A stretch of DNA of 63,083 nt, filler included, from 12 parts of 12 records of this genome joined end to end with filler, not necessarily neighbours in it; one strand, 5' to 3'. Positions 1-13,633 are shown, counted from the first letter of the whole stretch. Made by a program: numbers and translations. The notes: a model not told the origin generated them from the sequence alone.

Positions 1-361
1 TATATACATAACTATTTATAAATGTATATGCACGCATGCAATTATTGTATTACAATACCGATGAATGTAAGGTACTGTAAACTCTACAGTGTAGAGCGTA
101 TTGAACTAGTGTACGTTATAACGTACGTAGGAACTAATGTACGTATAACGTACAGTACGTATAGAACTATTACACTGTATCTATGAAGAGTAATGTACTA
201 TCTAGATTCTCGATACATGTGTAAGAAACTTTAACACAAGAGTAGATGTATGTACAGTAGTAACCTTCCTGCAATCGTTGACTACGTAATGTCCACCTTT
301 CATAATGGGAAACGCTGCAGTATCAGGACGTAACAAACGACCAATTTAAGCGTGCAACTTC

Positions 362-2319
362 CTAATGCCCTATCAGGTATTCGTAAATAACGAAAGTAAT
401 ACATGTTGCTGGAACAACGCGAATTAAATTAGCTTCAAGGCCTTTGTAAAATGCCAAAAGTCCTTCGTTCCTAAATAAGATTGGTTAATTTGATTTTGCA
501 AGTTAATAAAATTCAAGTTAATTACCTGTAAGTTTGTCGAATGCAATCTGTGACACCAGAATAATGAGAATGATGATCTTGTAATCTAGACCTAACTACT
601 TGATATGGGTATGTTATAGTAACTGCTATGAGCTTCGAAATTGCGGCAAAGGTCAAATATAATCGAGCACCAATATACTGGTCCTGCGGCATTGCTTTGT
701 AGCGAATGTATTTGGCCTTCATATATTCGTAAACGGAATACTGAATACCTCCGTGAGTTACACCGAAAAGGCCGGGAATGAAGCCCTAAAATTAATAGTG
801 CAAACTTTGCTATAAAACAAAATACTGTAATTTAGTGATATTAATTCATCGGTTAGTATGGTTCAGATGATGTACCTTATACAGTCCCTTGACACCTTCG
901 TATCGAAATATGCGTACAAGCGCATCCCTCATTCCTTTGTACTGGTATTGTTTTATTACAGTTTCGCCTTTGTATTGAAGACACACCCTTGTTTTTACTA
1001 CCCATAACGGATTCGTAATTCCAAGTGAGCAAACACCTATAATAAATAACAAATACACAAAGTATCATATAAATATACAAAGATACATATGTAATGATGG
1101 TTATCAATCATTACTTATCATAAACAAGTGAGCGCATTCTCAGTAAACAACCATGTGTTAATAATCAGGTAAATTAACTGACATCTGCATGGACAAAATA
1201 TGCCCTCGAAATGTTACAAATTACATTTAGGTATATTGCAGAATAAATCTACATAACATACTACCTAGGTACATTATGTACCGTACATAGTCTATGTAAC
1301 ATAGACACCCTATCACGTTATCAACACAACATGCAGCGTATCATGATACGTCAAATATATGTTCACGTACAAATATATGTATGTACGTGGATGCGTTACG
1401 CAGATGTTTGTGCAATATAATATGTAATTACAATGTACATCTGCATATATAGTACAATATCAATATAGAATATTTACTAAATATTATTTAGGGTGCAAAA
1501 TTACACCGCAAGCCTAGAAGTATACATAGCCTAGAAGGGTACATATCAATACATATATCGCAATACTAGTGTAGTACCTGCGACACTAGACAACATGAAA
1601 TATGTGGGAAAATTTATCTTCTCAGTTTCAAAAGAATACTTGTAGACTTTTTTAAGTTCATGAATGCTACAAATAAACAAAGTTGTATTATGTATATTTA
1701 AAAATATAGTGTGCATATTATGTTATTGAATACAGTTTTCTTGAAACAATTCAGTTACGTATTATAATTGAGAAAGCATAGGTAGTACTTACAAAAAAAA
1801 GAAAAGTCCCCATGATGTTGCATTACCCCACATATTAGGAACAACACCTTGATACAATCCCCTCATGCCACTTTCACCAATAATTTTTCTAAACGCATCA
1901 TATATTCCGTTATATCTAGGCCGCTTCGCGAGAGTGACAACACCATTGCTAGTAACGTTCACTATGTTTGATGTTTTCATTGAACTTCCTGCCCTTTTAT
2001 CAACTAAAATATTTTCCTCACTAGGTTGTAAATTTGATACAAACTGTACTTTTGTACAATACTAATTACATACCTATCTAACTATGTAACAATACATATT
2101 TCATAATAATAAATTACATACATACTATTAATATTGTTATTAATAATAACAATTTGTTATCATATAATAATGCAGTCAATATGCCCGTTATTAAGTAAAT
2201 TTTGTCACCAAACACAAACCTTGAATGCGGACACGTACCAAATCCAGAGGATGCAAAACAATAGTAGATATCACACCAGCAGATGCCCCAGCAACAAATT
2301 TGTCCAATAAACCGACCAT
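362..2319 (-). CDS. SLC25A32: Mitochondrial folate/FAD carrier (SLC25 family), 6 exons
   Basis: Hand-spliced GT-AG exons give [82 protein letters not shown] and [24 protein letters not shown]. Three Px[DE]xx[KR]-type carrier repeats are present, with the W and Q variants typical of the folate carrier. Stop TAG at 362-364. Confidence 0.9.
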
Positions 2320-3566
2320 CACAAACAACGTATGAACTATTGTAATAAAGCGAATGAGGTATGTATTTACAGCAAATTATTTTTGTCTTTTTTCTGCATT
2401 AGTAGCGCGTGCACATGGAGAATCTCTCCATAACACGTATAATATTGCAATAAGACTGGATCTCAGCTGTTCAAGAAGGCCAAATTTCCTTTCCACGTAC
2501 TGTAGCTTTCAAACTTCAGCATTCAATGCCCCTATAACGACACATATCAAGAGCTAATAAAACAAACCGCACAACAAACTCCTGTGCAACTCTTAATAAT
2601 AAAACAATCATCTAGGTATTCAGAAAACAAGGTACCTAGGTATACATTATTCTTATGTATTGTTACTGGTATTTTTCCACTACAGTTGCTATGGTACAAT
2701 GTACCAGGTAAGTATACTTGAAACCAGCAATTTTGTCCAAACTGTGGAATGACAATAATATTTACCTTATAAGGTAAATACCTACATTGTATACAATAAT
2801 ATGTACTTATTAATATGTATAATATCTGTAAAGTATTTTTAAGCTTTTTCAAAAATATTTAAATTTTATAAAATACATACTTAAAAAATTAAAACATTTT
2901 TATAGTAAAAATATAAGGGTAAAATTATCTTTAAAATGATTATTATAAATCAATATATTAATTACTTAAGTAATTATACTAATTTCTAAAAGTTTATTAT
3001 TACATAATATACCTATCAAACTTATATTATTTATATTTACAATATTAAAAATTATGTATACTAGTTACTAAATTTGTATTAAAACTTTAATAATAAAAAT
3101 AATATACTAATAAATTTTTATAACAATCTTTTATTATAGCTTTAAATAATACAATAATAAGCTATTTTTATATAGTTTTATTATTACTATTTTAAATAAT
3201 TTATTTATATTGTTTATTTATATATACTAAATTAGTAACAGTAATATACTTATGTTAGTAAGTTATGTTACCCTGAAATGCTATTTTAAAAATTATCTCT
3301 ATTAAAATAACATAAATAAACATAAAATATCACTTAATGAAAGAAAATAAGGCTACTAGAAGTTTAATAAAACATAAATAGTTATTAAACTCATAAAGCA
3401 TTAAGGTATGCTCTAGCCTTTTATATAGAATGTTAACCACAGTTCACACTTTTGTACCCTTCTATGATGGTCTGCAACCCTCCCAGGTTTTAATGTTTTA
3501 AGTTCAAATTATTTAAAATTTTCTTTAAATAATTATATGATCATAAGCTAATATTATAACACTTAG

Positions 3567-3666
3567 NNNNNNNNNNNNNNNNNNNNNNNNNNNNNNNNNN
3601 NNNNNNNNNNTTAATTAATTAANNNNNNNNNNNNNNNNNNNNNNNNNNNNNNNNNNNNNNNNNNNN
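3567..3666. other. Artificial contig spacer N44-TTAATTAATTAA-N44; also at 10591, 16387, 27826, 32911, 37372, 42809, 46055, 51494, 53792 and 57789 (each 100 bp)
   Basis: An identical 100-bp spacer with a six-frame stop linker recurs 11 times. Genes such as the polycystin, MFS and TSP1 genes lose their 5' exons at these joins. Confidence 0.97.
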
Positions 3667-4530
3667 TACTGACTATTTTGATAAAAGTTGAAATTTAATT
3701 AAGAAATTCCACTTTTTTGTAAAAATGTTCATATATAATATGTAAAATTTATAAATAATAATAAATTGTTTTTATAATATTAGTAATATTATACTAATTA
3801 TATTAAAATTTATAAATATATAGATTTTTTTATTTCATTTTTCAATTACCATTGCAGCAATTAATAATAAAAAAGGAGACATAAAAAATAATAATCACAA
3901 TGTCCAATTTATACCTATATTTTTTGGTATTAATATGGTATTTTTTATAGTATTTATATAGTATTTTTTAGTATTTATATAGTATGATAGTATTTATATA
4001 GTATAATAGTATTTATATATTTTTTGGTATTATATATTTATATAGTATTTATTTATTTATATATTTAACATTATTTTAAAATTATACTAGTTATAAAGTT
4101 TAAATAATTTAACATTTATAATACATGATATAATATTTTTTGTAATCACTATATTTTTTATTATAATAAATATATGAATTATCCTATGATGGTGATTATT
4201 TTTATGTACCAATGGTACAGTACGATATAGCATGGTATTCCTTAGGTACTTTGTATTACTTTCAGTAATATAGGTACAGGTATTGAGAAACTTTGTAGAT
4301 ACCTATATGAATATGTAGTCACTACTTCGTAGGGTGAGTCACCCTGGGTGACAATTGTATCTACGTAGTCACTACGTCGTAGGGTGACACACAATGTGTA
4401 CCGTACTACCCATAGTCTATGGGCCATAGAGATATATAAAGAAGGATATTATAGAATATTTATCATATAAATATAATACTGTATACCTATGCTACTATTG
4501 AGCTGAGATGACTTTGTTTCTTTTAGAGGA

Positions 4531-5496
4531 ATGCAACGTTGTCATGCTTTTGAAATGAGTTTTGGTACTGACATATCTCAGTGTTTTACTAACTTAGTAA
4601 ACGAAATACTTATTAATGATACTTCACCAATTCAACACGAATCTTCTGTTGATGTAATAACTGAAATTAAAGCAACTGATCAACATCATGGTGCTAATCA
4701 TAGACCTTCAAGGGGATTCAAGGTCCATGGTGCTAATTCTGACGCTATTTTGCCAGTAATGTCAACAACACAAGCACGCAATGGTGATTCGACATCTTTT
4801 TTCGATAACGAAGACGTGCCATCTATCTCTACGGAAATTCCTTGGTCAGATTCTGTTGCAAAACTTGACTCGACTTGCGCAGAAGTACTTGATGGCTATG
4901 GCAAAATGCAGTCATTACCTATCTTTTTTCTTGAAGAACCCTTGGAAATTCTTTCAGAACTACCAGTTTCTGAATTGGAGAACTCCGGTGCTAGTTGTAC
5001 CGTTTCAACAACCAAACACGATGTCTTTATGCTCTTCGAAGACGCTGTTCAACAGTTGGAAGTTCCAAGAATTGAAGCAGAAAATGGCATAACAGAAGAT
5101 GTAAACTCCATGGATTTGTACTATACTGACCTTGAATCAACTGTAATACAATGTGCTGAAGAAGTAGTTGGATCAGAACTATATGCTAACGAAAGTGATG
5201 ATGATGCTGTAATGAAATTGTTGTTAAAGCCAACTCGGAGTCAGCAAAGAAAAAGAAGCAGAAGGACATCAGCAGTTCTTCGCAGGGAGAAAGAAGTGCA
5301 ACACTCGAATGCTTTCATAAGCGAAAACATGAAACCATTTCGAAGCAGAAGAGTGAGAAAACCATCCTTACGGGCTCAAGAAAGCGAAGAAAGTGAGGCT
5401 ATTGTTAAAAGAATTGGATTAGATGCCATCAGTGTTGAGGCATTAGAACCATGTAAAAATCAAAATGTCACACCAGCTCTTAACTATTCAGGCTAA
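4531..5496 (+). CDS. Intronless 321-aa hypothetical protein with an acidic body and a basic (NLS-like) C-terminal region
   Basis: Long ORF with higher GC than its flanks, preceded by a polypyrimidine-AG acceptor (ttcttttagAGGAATG). Contains RKRSRR and RSRRVRKPS. No recognisable domain. Confidence 0.6.
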   Translation: MQRCHAFEMSFGTDISQCFTNLVNEILINDTSPIQHESSVDVITEIKATDQHHGANHRPSRGFKVHGANSDAILPVMSTTQARNGDSTSFFDNEDVPSISTEIPWSDSVAKLDSTCAEVLDGYGKMQSLPIFFLEEPLEILSELPVSELENSGASCTVSTTKHDVFMLFEDAVQQLEVPRIEAENGITEDVNSMDLYYTDLESTVIQCAEEVVGSELYANESDDDAVMKLLLKPTRSQQRKRSRRTSAVLRREKEVQHSNAFISENMKPFRSRRVRKPSLRAQESEESEAIVKRIGLDAISVEALEPCKNQNVTPALNYSG

Positions 5497-6638
5497 ACAC
5501 GGATACTTCCGATCGTCGTTTTCGAATATTCATAGGAAATGTAAGCATAAATATTTTTTTCACCGAAGTACCAATTTTTGATTTAATTTTGTTTATATAA
5601 TTTCATTTTGTTTATGAATGCTTTTTATTTTGTTTCTTGTTTTCCTTCAACAAGTGGCTTTATTAATTACAGTAATTAGTATTGGTTATGTTCAATGATA
5701 CATCGTCAAGCATATACATACCATCTCCAACAATGTATTGAATCAATATATTATATCAATATTTTGAATCAATATTATTGATACTATCAACGTCCACACT
5801 ACAAGGTGTATTACAATATTAATTGATACATATTAGTTAATGACATATCATTAACTATTATGTATTAATTAATAATAACATTGTAATACATCTTATAATG
5901 AGCTTTGATTCTCGATAAGATATCATCCATAACTTGTCATCCATAACAATCATGATATTCTCATTTACTACTTATTTGAAAACGCCTCATTTGCCAATAA
6001 TTTGTATGATTTATTTTTTTAATCTTTAGGAATTAATTCTAGGATGTTGGCCTGTACACATTATTTTTGTTACCATTTGCACGTGCAACTACTATAGTTA
6101 GGCAATCACTACGTACCTATAGAATGTTCGTTATTTTTGTTACCATTCACTACGTACATATAGGATGTTCGCCTGTACATATTTTGTTACCGTTCACTAC
6201 GTACACTTGCACGTGCAACTACTATAGGCAATCATGTTAGTGTTTTTTGCTTTTGTTGGAATACTATTCGTAGTATGTAGTAGGAAATATTGTAGTGATA
6301 ATATCTTTTGATAAGTTTTCCTAGGATTAGAGATGTTAGGTTATTAATTAATACGTAATTAGTCAGATTTTGTACTTCTTCGGATCGTACGAGTCATTTC
6401 TAGATATTTGATAAGTCTTATTATTTCTTGCTTGAATAAATTTTTGAAATATATGTTACATTGTAGTTAAATCAAAAAAATTATCACCACTGTTAATAAT
6501 AACAAATAGGAATCTCATGTTTATTTTTAAACAATATCATAAGAATAAAACATCAACAAAAAACATTTCAGCAAACAAAAAAAAGAAACTTGCATACATT
6601 CACAAAAACCACAATTGAAAAAAGGAACCATAAAATAT

Positions 6639-8447
6639 TTATGAAAAGTTTTCAATTCTTTTCAAAATAACGACAAAACTACCAATTCTTTCAGATGGAA
6701 AGTGAGTATGAAAAGTTTTAGTAACCAATGAAAAACCCTTTAATTCTGAATAAACCTGCTTAAATAGTCCATCAAACATCAACAAGTAATCTGCATTGAC
6801 CAAGTATTTTCCAATATTTTCAGTTGGATTTTCATAGAAATAGTAAGCTTCATCGTTCTTAAGTAAATCTTCACCAATATTTAAATTAGGTTCACAAGTT
6901 AAAAATGAAAAATTTGCATTTCTCAAATGAAGATAAGAATAATATGGGGTTGAATGACATGGCATTAAAGCAGAGACATTGACCATTTTATCCGAATTAA
7001 CAGATTGTTCAATATCATGCTTTATTATGCTTAATGCGGAGATTGTTCCTCTTTGATGAATGAAACTGACGTAGAAAGCAAGCAAAATATTAACAGTTAA
7101 AACCAAAGTTAACATGGTTCGACAAATTGTTCCAACTCTGTCCTTAAAGCCATGTGCAAGCAAAATATTCATTAATGGTAAAATTGGCAATAAAAAGCGG
7201 AATTCTTTATGTGGAATGAAACTAAAAGGTTTAAAACATTATAATAACATCAGGAAGATTTATTTACAGACTTTTAAGTTAAATTTTTCTAACTTTTGAC
7301 TTGGTACTGGTTACAAAATTTTAATTTAGTAAATAAAGTTTAAAAATATTTCCGTATATTGAAATTAAAACATACCTATAAATTGAAATTGTAAATAAAA
7401 CTGCAATAAGCAATTGCATAAAAATCATTTTGTTGCATTTGTTATAATGCAATTTGATTAGAACCAGTAGTAGCAGATTAGGTCCAAGTATAACAGGAAG
7501 ACCATTAAAAAAGTACCAGTACCACGGATGTGATCCATAAAACGTTCCAATGTTTTGAAATATGTTAAATTTTATAAAATTTAATGGCACCATTACAAAA
7601 CGACCATAGAATAGATAATCACAAAGAATCCATAAGGAACAGCCAAAAATTCTAAAGTACATTTGATAGGAATGTATTATTTTTTAGAAAAACTTACACT
7701 CCTATAACTTCAATTAATAAAAAAGTAATTCTTCTTCTGCATAAAAATATCCACAACCATCCCAAGATGGTAAACCATGGAATAATCGATGTTATTCTAA
7801 TACCAACGGATAATCCCAATATAAAACTGTGGCATAATAGCCTACACCTGAAAAGTTCCAAATTAACAAATTATAAATTAGAATTTTATAAAATGTTAAA
7901 TTAATGTTTTGAAAAAGTTTTAGAAGTTTTACCAAGCAAATATTGTCGATGAAATGTAACTCTTATAGAAAAAATATAATGAAATGACGAATAGGTTCAT
8001 CTCCATCGTATTACCCAACGTCCTTGTACTTGTATAGATGATAAACCAATTGAGAGAGTTTAGCATGAAGGCTTGCCTAGCCAAGTTGCGTTCACTTGGA
8101 AAAACTAACTTGCAAAATTTAAATAAAAAGATGTCACTAATCAATGAAAACATTAATTGCATCAATTTAGGGGCAAAAATCAATGCCAATTGAAAATCTT
8201 CCAATCCCAATACCTTGACCAACCAATACCCAGGCACAAAAAGTAAAGGATAAAAGTAACTTCTTATGGCTACTGAGTCTTTCCATTCCCAAGTTTGGTA
8301 ATTGTCAAAATGAGGGAAAACAATAGAATGAGCAATCTCGGTCGTCTGCCAATATTCATCAGGAACAAAAAACGTCCAAGCAGTCAACAGAGATACAAGG
8401 TATTTTACTGCTAAAACGCCAATTATCAGAATATCATATGCCATCAA
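6639..8447 (-). CDS. PIGB: GPI mannosyltransferase 3 (GT22), 4 exons
   Basis: Motifs TFFVPDEYWQ, TWEWK, IRSYFYP, FYGSHPWYWYF, HKEFRFLLPILP and LMPCHSTPYYSYLH. The short internal exon at about 7698-7847 splices in frame. Confidence 0.93.
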
Positions 8448-8712
8448 TTATTATTAATAACCATCCTATTTATTCAATATCATCTAAAAACTGACATAAA
8501 TTTGGAAAAATAACAAAGAGTCAAACCTATTCTAATTGTAACAATTATGTAACTCAATTGTTTAAAAACTTAAAAAGCAATCCATAGGACAATCCTATTA
8601 AGACTAGTATATAGTGTTCGAACACTGATCAGAGTAAGACAAATGACAGCTTGTATGATGAAGATATGTATGTATTGCACTGATGGTTTGTGTTATATGA
8701 ATAGTTTCTGCA

Positions 8713-9180
8713 TTAGCATTTTTCAACGAATGCTCTACAGCATCGGTAGCAATGATCAAACGCAGCTTCGTAGTCCTCTTCTTTACCTTGATACGGATCA
8801 GAAACATCTTTTACATCTAGCGGATCATATTCACCAAGTAATTGTATGGTACACGTGGGATTTGACTGCATCGTCTGCAAAGTTTTAAGAATACCTTCAT
8901 CTAATGCTAAAATCCACTGAAATTTGTTAAAATCATCTTCTGAAATTTTTCTTGTTGTATGAGAATAATTACATATATCATGATTGGATAGGATTTTCAT
9001 GGTCATCGGATTTGGAGTGTCACCATAATATGGATATAAGCCAGCGCTATCAAAATGCCATTTGCTAGAATCACATACAAATCTTCTTGCTACAAGATCT
9101 TTACAAATCGCTTCAGCCATGGGTGAACGACATGTGTTTCCAAAACAAACGAACAAGACATTTTTACAAATTTCGCTCAT
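8713..9180 (-). CDS. ACP1: Low-molecular-weight phosphatase paralog A (P-loop CFGNTCRS)
   Basis: VLFVCFGNTCRSPMAE, DSAG, ILALD and DVSDPY general-acid loop. Intronless ORF. Confidence 0.92.
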   Translation of the reverse strand: MSEICKNVLFVCFGNTCRSPMAEAICKDLVARRFVCDSSKWHFDSAGLYPYYGDTPNPMTMKILSNHDICNYSHTTRKISEDDFNKFQWILALDEGILKTLQTMQSNPTCTIQLLGEYDPLDVKDVSDPYQGKEEDYEAAFDHCYRCCRAFVEKC

Positions 9181-9679
9181 CTATAATAGTATTATAATTA
9201 TAATAATACGATGTAACAAAAAAAAACAATGGTATTCACAATATGCACAAATAATTATTTAAATGTACTGAACTACATTATTAATAATAATAAATTGTTA
9301 TTACATATTATTAATAATGTGGTTCAGTGCATTTTAATTATTAGTAAATTCAATATTAATGATTTAATTAAGATTTCAATAGAACAGATATCCAGCAATT
9401 ATTATTAATAATAATATTCTAATAATAATATTATAATAATGCATAATAATAATTATAATTGATAATAAACCTATTGACTCAATAGTATTGAGCAATAAAT
9501 ATAATTTGCACAATCGTTTATACCGTATAAATTATATGCATGTTGTTATTATGCCATTGTCATTGTTTAATACATATTGTATATTACATAATAACAAATA
9601 ATGATATGCATGTACTATGTATTGTTATTTATCATTATCAAATATTTTATAAAACATTTATAATTTAAGTTATAATTTA

Positions 9680-10171
9680 TTAAGAAGAATCAATTTGCTG
9701 GAAGAAAGCAATGCAACTTCTATAACACTGCTGATAAACATTCTCAAAATCTACTAGTGATCCACCCCATGGGTCTGGAATAACGGGCATACCTTGCGGG
9801 TCAAAGGAGCCTAGTAAAGAAACTTTGGAATTTGATCCAGTTGATCTCTTCATTGAATTTAAAGCTCTAACGTTTTCGTTGTCCATGCCTAAAATCCAGG
9901 TGTATCTTTTAAAATCAGATTCTTGCACCTGTCTTGCAGAATGGGAATAATTTTTAATGCCATGTTTTCGTAACGTTCTCATGGTATCTGCTTCAGGATC
10001 TGATCCAAAATTCCAATTAGAAGTTCCAGCGCTATCAATTAGCCATTCAGAAGATTTACCAGCTTTGTTTACAATATCTTTCATTACTCCTTCTGCCATT
10101 GTTGAACGACAAATGTTACCAAGACAAACAAAAAGAACGCTTTTATTATTTATATCAGTTGATGAAGTCAT
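9680..10171 (-). CDS. ACP1: Low-molecular-weight phosphotyrosine phosphatase paralog B (P-loop CLGNICRS)
   Basis: VLFVCLGNICRSTMAE, IDSAGT, ILGMD, LLGSFDPQ and IPDPW. Intronless ORF. Confidence 0.95.
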   Translation of the reverse strand: MTSSTDINNKSVLFVCLGNICRSTMAEGVMKDIVNKAGKSSEWLIDSAGTSNWNFGSDPEADTMRTLRKHGIKNYSHSARQVQESDFKRYTWILGMDNENVRALNSMKRSTGSNSKVSLLGSFDPQGMPVIPDPWGGSLVDFENVYQQCYRSCIAFFQQIDSS

Positions 10172-10691
10172 CTTGTATTATAATTTTGGTGATTTATTAT
10201 TAATACACTAGGTATTCCTCGTAGTCTTCAAAATGGCACTTATTATTGACCTATCCATAGCAAAGCGGTTTTAGAACAAAAGGTAATACCAAACGTTGCA
10301 TACCGGTAGGTACTTATTTATTAAAAAAATACGTAGGCCTACTGCAGTTCAAGTTCAAAATTATTATTATTACCTATTAAGAATGGTCGTTTCGAAAGCA
10401 TACAAAGTTTGCATTGTATCAGACAGTGAGTAATACCTATACCTATAATAATATTGGTCTAGTGAAAAGCCTGTACCTGGTACATTACAGACATTACGTA
10501 GGTAGCAATACATACCAAATACCAGGTACATACCACATACATGTACCTATGCACCTACTAGTAGTATGTACAGTGCGACACATAAGTTGTNNNNNNNNNN
10601 NNNNNNNNNNNNNNNNNNNNNNNNNNNNNNNNNNTTAATTAATTAANNNNNNNNNNNNNNNNNNNNNNNNNNNNNNNNNNNNNNNNNNNNT

Positions 10692-10788
10692 CCGTTAGTG
10701 GAATGGTGCATTCCATAGAATGAACAACTTTAATGCTCATTTTTGTTCATTTTATAGAATGCACCATTCCACTACTAACGGCCCCTAA
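10692..10788. mobile_element. Short fold-back element, MITE-like (possibly PIF/Harbinger type)
   Basis: Arms of about 36-39 nt: CCGTTAGT(AGT)GGAATGGTGCATTC..AATGAACAA and its reverse complement. The right end is ACTAACGGCCCC followed by TAA. The left end lies at the contig edge. Confidence 0.45.
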
Positions 10789-11912
10789 CACGCATACCAT
10801 AATAGATACGGAAAACATGTTCAGGTATAACGTTGTTAATAATTATCATCAATGATTTAATAACTGTTATGTATTGTGTGATTCACCAATTAGTCTAACT
10901 TCTAATCCATTTTGCTCTATCTGCAGCAGTTGTTAGAGGTGGTTAACTTACCTGTTTGCGATAACTATTGCGGTAGCTATTATGATAATTACATATTACT
11001 AGTACATATCTTTTATTATGACTCATCCTTGATTTTTTGTGAATCATTGCTATTATTATTAGTAATACTGTTATTAATAATAACAATCGCCTTCTTCCAC
11101 GTCGATATCGACATACATATTTTTTGTTTACCACTACTCTGCATTTTGATATTTATTATGGTTATTTTTTATACTACATATACTTATTACAAATCACTGT
11201 GTGCTTAGTATTATTACTATAGTGTATTTACTTATTACATATTGATAATATTAATAATAATATGTACCGTACATTATGTACGTATGATCGCGACATAGAT
11301 TATGCTAATGGTTTGTTTCATAATTATAGATATTTCACACATGAGTTAAATGTCATTCTTTTTAAAGTTTTCGTTGTTAATTTATTATGTATTAATAATT
11401 GCCAAAACTAAAATTGACCTGCTGCTTGTCATTATCTTCCAGTGAAAAACGTCCACTACTGGTATTGCTTTGACTATTTCGCAGAGTTTACGATTTTATC
11501 TATAGTAAATAACCACATCACTGGTCATCCATAATAATTAATAGGCTTTTAATAAGCTGCCACTTTTTAATAATTGCTAAAATTTCTACTGTTATGATTG
11601 ATTTTTAGGATTGCTGTGCTATTTTATCTTTTGTTTCAAAAATGTGCCTTGTGATTGCAACTATAGTATTGACAATGCGAAAATATATTGTAGTACATTT
11701 GTTACACATGATATGTAGCGACATTTTTGCACTTATTCTATGATTATAAATGTAGAACAAATTTAAAAATGCTGTAATTATTGTACATTTTATTACTAGC
11801 AAATTATTCTACCGACTATGTACTACCGGTATTTGCTTTGATTCGACATTATTTTTGCTATCATTGTTATTATTGATTTTAATTATAGAGGTAATTGTTA
11901 CATTTGGACAAA

Positions 11913-12381
11913 ATGGAACCAGGACAAACTGAACCGCCACCGCCTTCATATCAAAGTGGAGGACCCGGACAACAGCGTGCACAGCCAAACAAACGTTTGC
12001 AGCAAACGCAAGCTCAAGTAGACGAGGTTGTTGATATCATGAAGGTTAATGTGGAGAAGGTAGTTTAAAGTTTATTACATAATGGTAACTATAGCTATAT
12101 ATCAACGAATTCAATCTTTATTAACTTAGGTTTTGGAAAGAGATTCCAAATTAACTGATTTGGACGATCGTGCAGAACAGTTGCAAGTTGGTGCCAGTCA
12201 GTTTGAACAGAGTGCTGGAAGATTAAAGAGAAAGTTTTGGTGGAAAAATTGCAAAATGATCCTGATTTTAGTGGGTATCGGCGTAGTAGTTGTCATCATA
12301 ATTGCTGTTTGGATAGCAACTAGTGTAAAGTCGGATAATAAAACCACCACCGCCGCACCACCAACAACAACACCCCATTAA
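11913..12381 (+). CDS. VAMP: Synaptobrevin/VAMP1-3-type R-SNARE, 2 exons (11913-12059, 12130-12381)
   Basis: [63 protein letters not shown], followed by a TM helix and a short Thr/Pro luminal tail. Confidence 0.95.
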
Positions 12382-13633
12382 TTACCTTAATTAATTAACA
12401 ACCTTAATTAATTACCTGGCTGTAACGTTAGGCGTTGTCCTTCTTTAAGCCATTTTTTCTGTTTTTATGTCAATCTTTATGTACTATGTTGAACGGTTGA
12501 AGATTTATCTATGTACATGTTTCAGTTTATACTCATGTCTTGAAAACGCAAAGGTTTTTTTTTCATTATTATTATTAATTAATAATATGTAATAAGCTAC
12601 TTCACTTATATCTTTTTAGTCGTGCTGACTTTGCCTATTGTCAAATTATTGCAGTACATAACACCGTATTACTAATACGTATGTACCAGGTATATACACA
12701 TAGTATGTATATTATATTGTATATGGATACAGTGTACACTGTACAGTGTACAGTGTACAGCCTGTTTCGTTGCCATGAATGCTGTATGCATACTGTATGA
12801 TACAGACTATACAGCACAGTTGGTACTACCAGACTATACGGTAGAGTACCAAGTAGATACTACCAACTTAAGTTAAATTTATACCAACTACACAGGACCA
12901 ACTTGATACAAGACTACAGTATGTATGATTATCATACTATGATACCACAACGTCATTATTTAATACATAAATATATATTGTTTTGCAATAATTGTAGCAT
13001 ATGTGCTACAATTACATATGTATGTATGTACAATACATGGAACGAACGGTACGAATTGTAGTGTTCTAACATGTTCTATGAATAATGTATATTATATTGC
13101 TACGTTAAACGAATATTAGACGTATATTATATTAGTACGTTAAACGAATATTAGATTGCTATTATTGCTAATCAATTTTAGACGATAATCTGCAATATTT
13201 TGATTTTTCTATCGTCATTATTTGCATAGATGCTAATTTTTCGCAATAGTGTTTTATATTGTAAAACACTATTTAATATTGTTACCAAAAATTAGAATTT
13301 ATATAATATACTAATATACTAAAATAATAATCTCACGCGCGGCTTTTGAGATAACTATATACTATATAGTTATTGTACTATATAGTATATAGTAACTATA
13401 TGTTATACTTTATATTTTATTGAAAATAATACTTGTCTTAGCTGTTACATTCCTTCGTTATTGGGCTTTTTTGATTTACTGTATGTTCTAGCGTTTCCTT
13501 ATTATTATAATGTTCTAAGTTTTATATGAATGTAAGTTACATTATTATGTAAGAATTGTAGTTTGTTAAATGTTAAACTTATGTATTTATTGAAGTTGTG
13601 CTCAATAACATGTAGAAACACTTTGGCTGTGAA

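Noticed and set aside
10943-11134. Minus-strand ORF resembling a type II membrane protein exon (RRGRRRLLLLITVLLIII, ending at a GTAAGT donor)
   Set aside because: There is no in-frame ATG, the hydrophobic run derives from TTA/ATA simple repeats, and no downstream exon is seen before the contig end.
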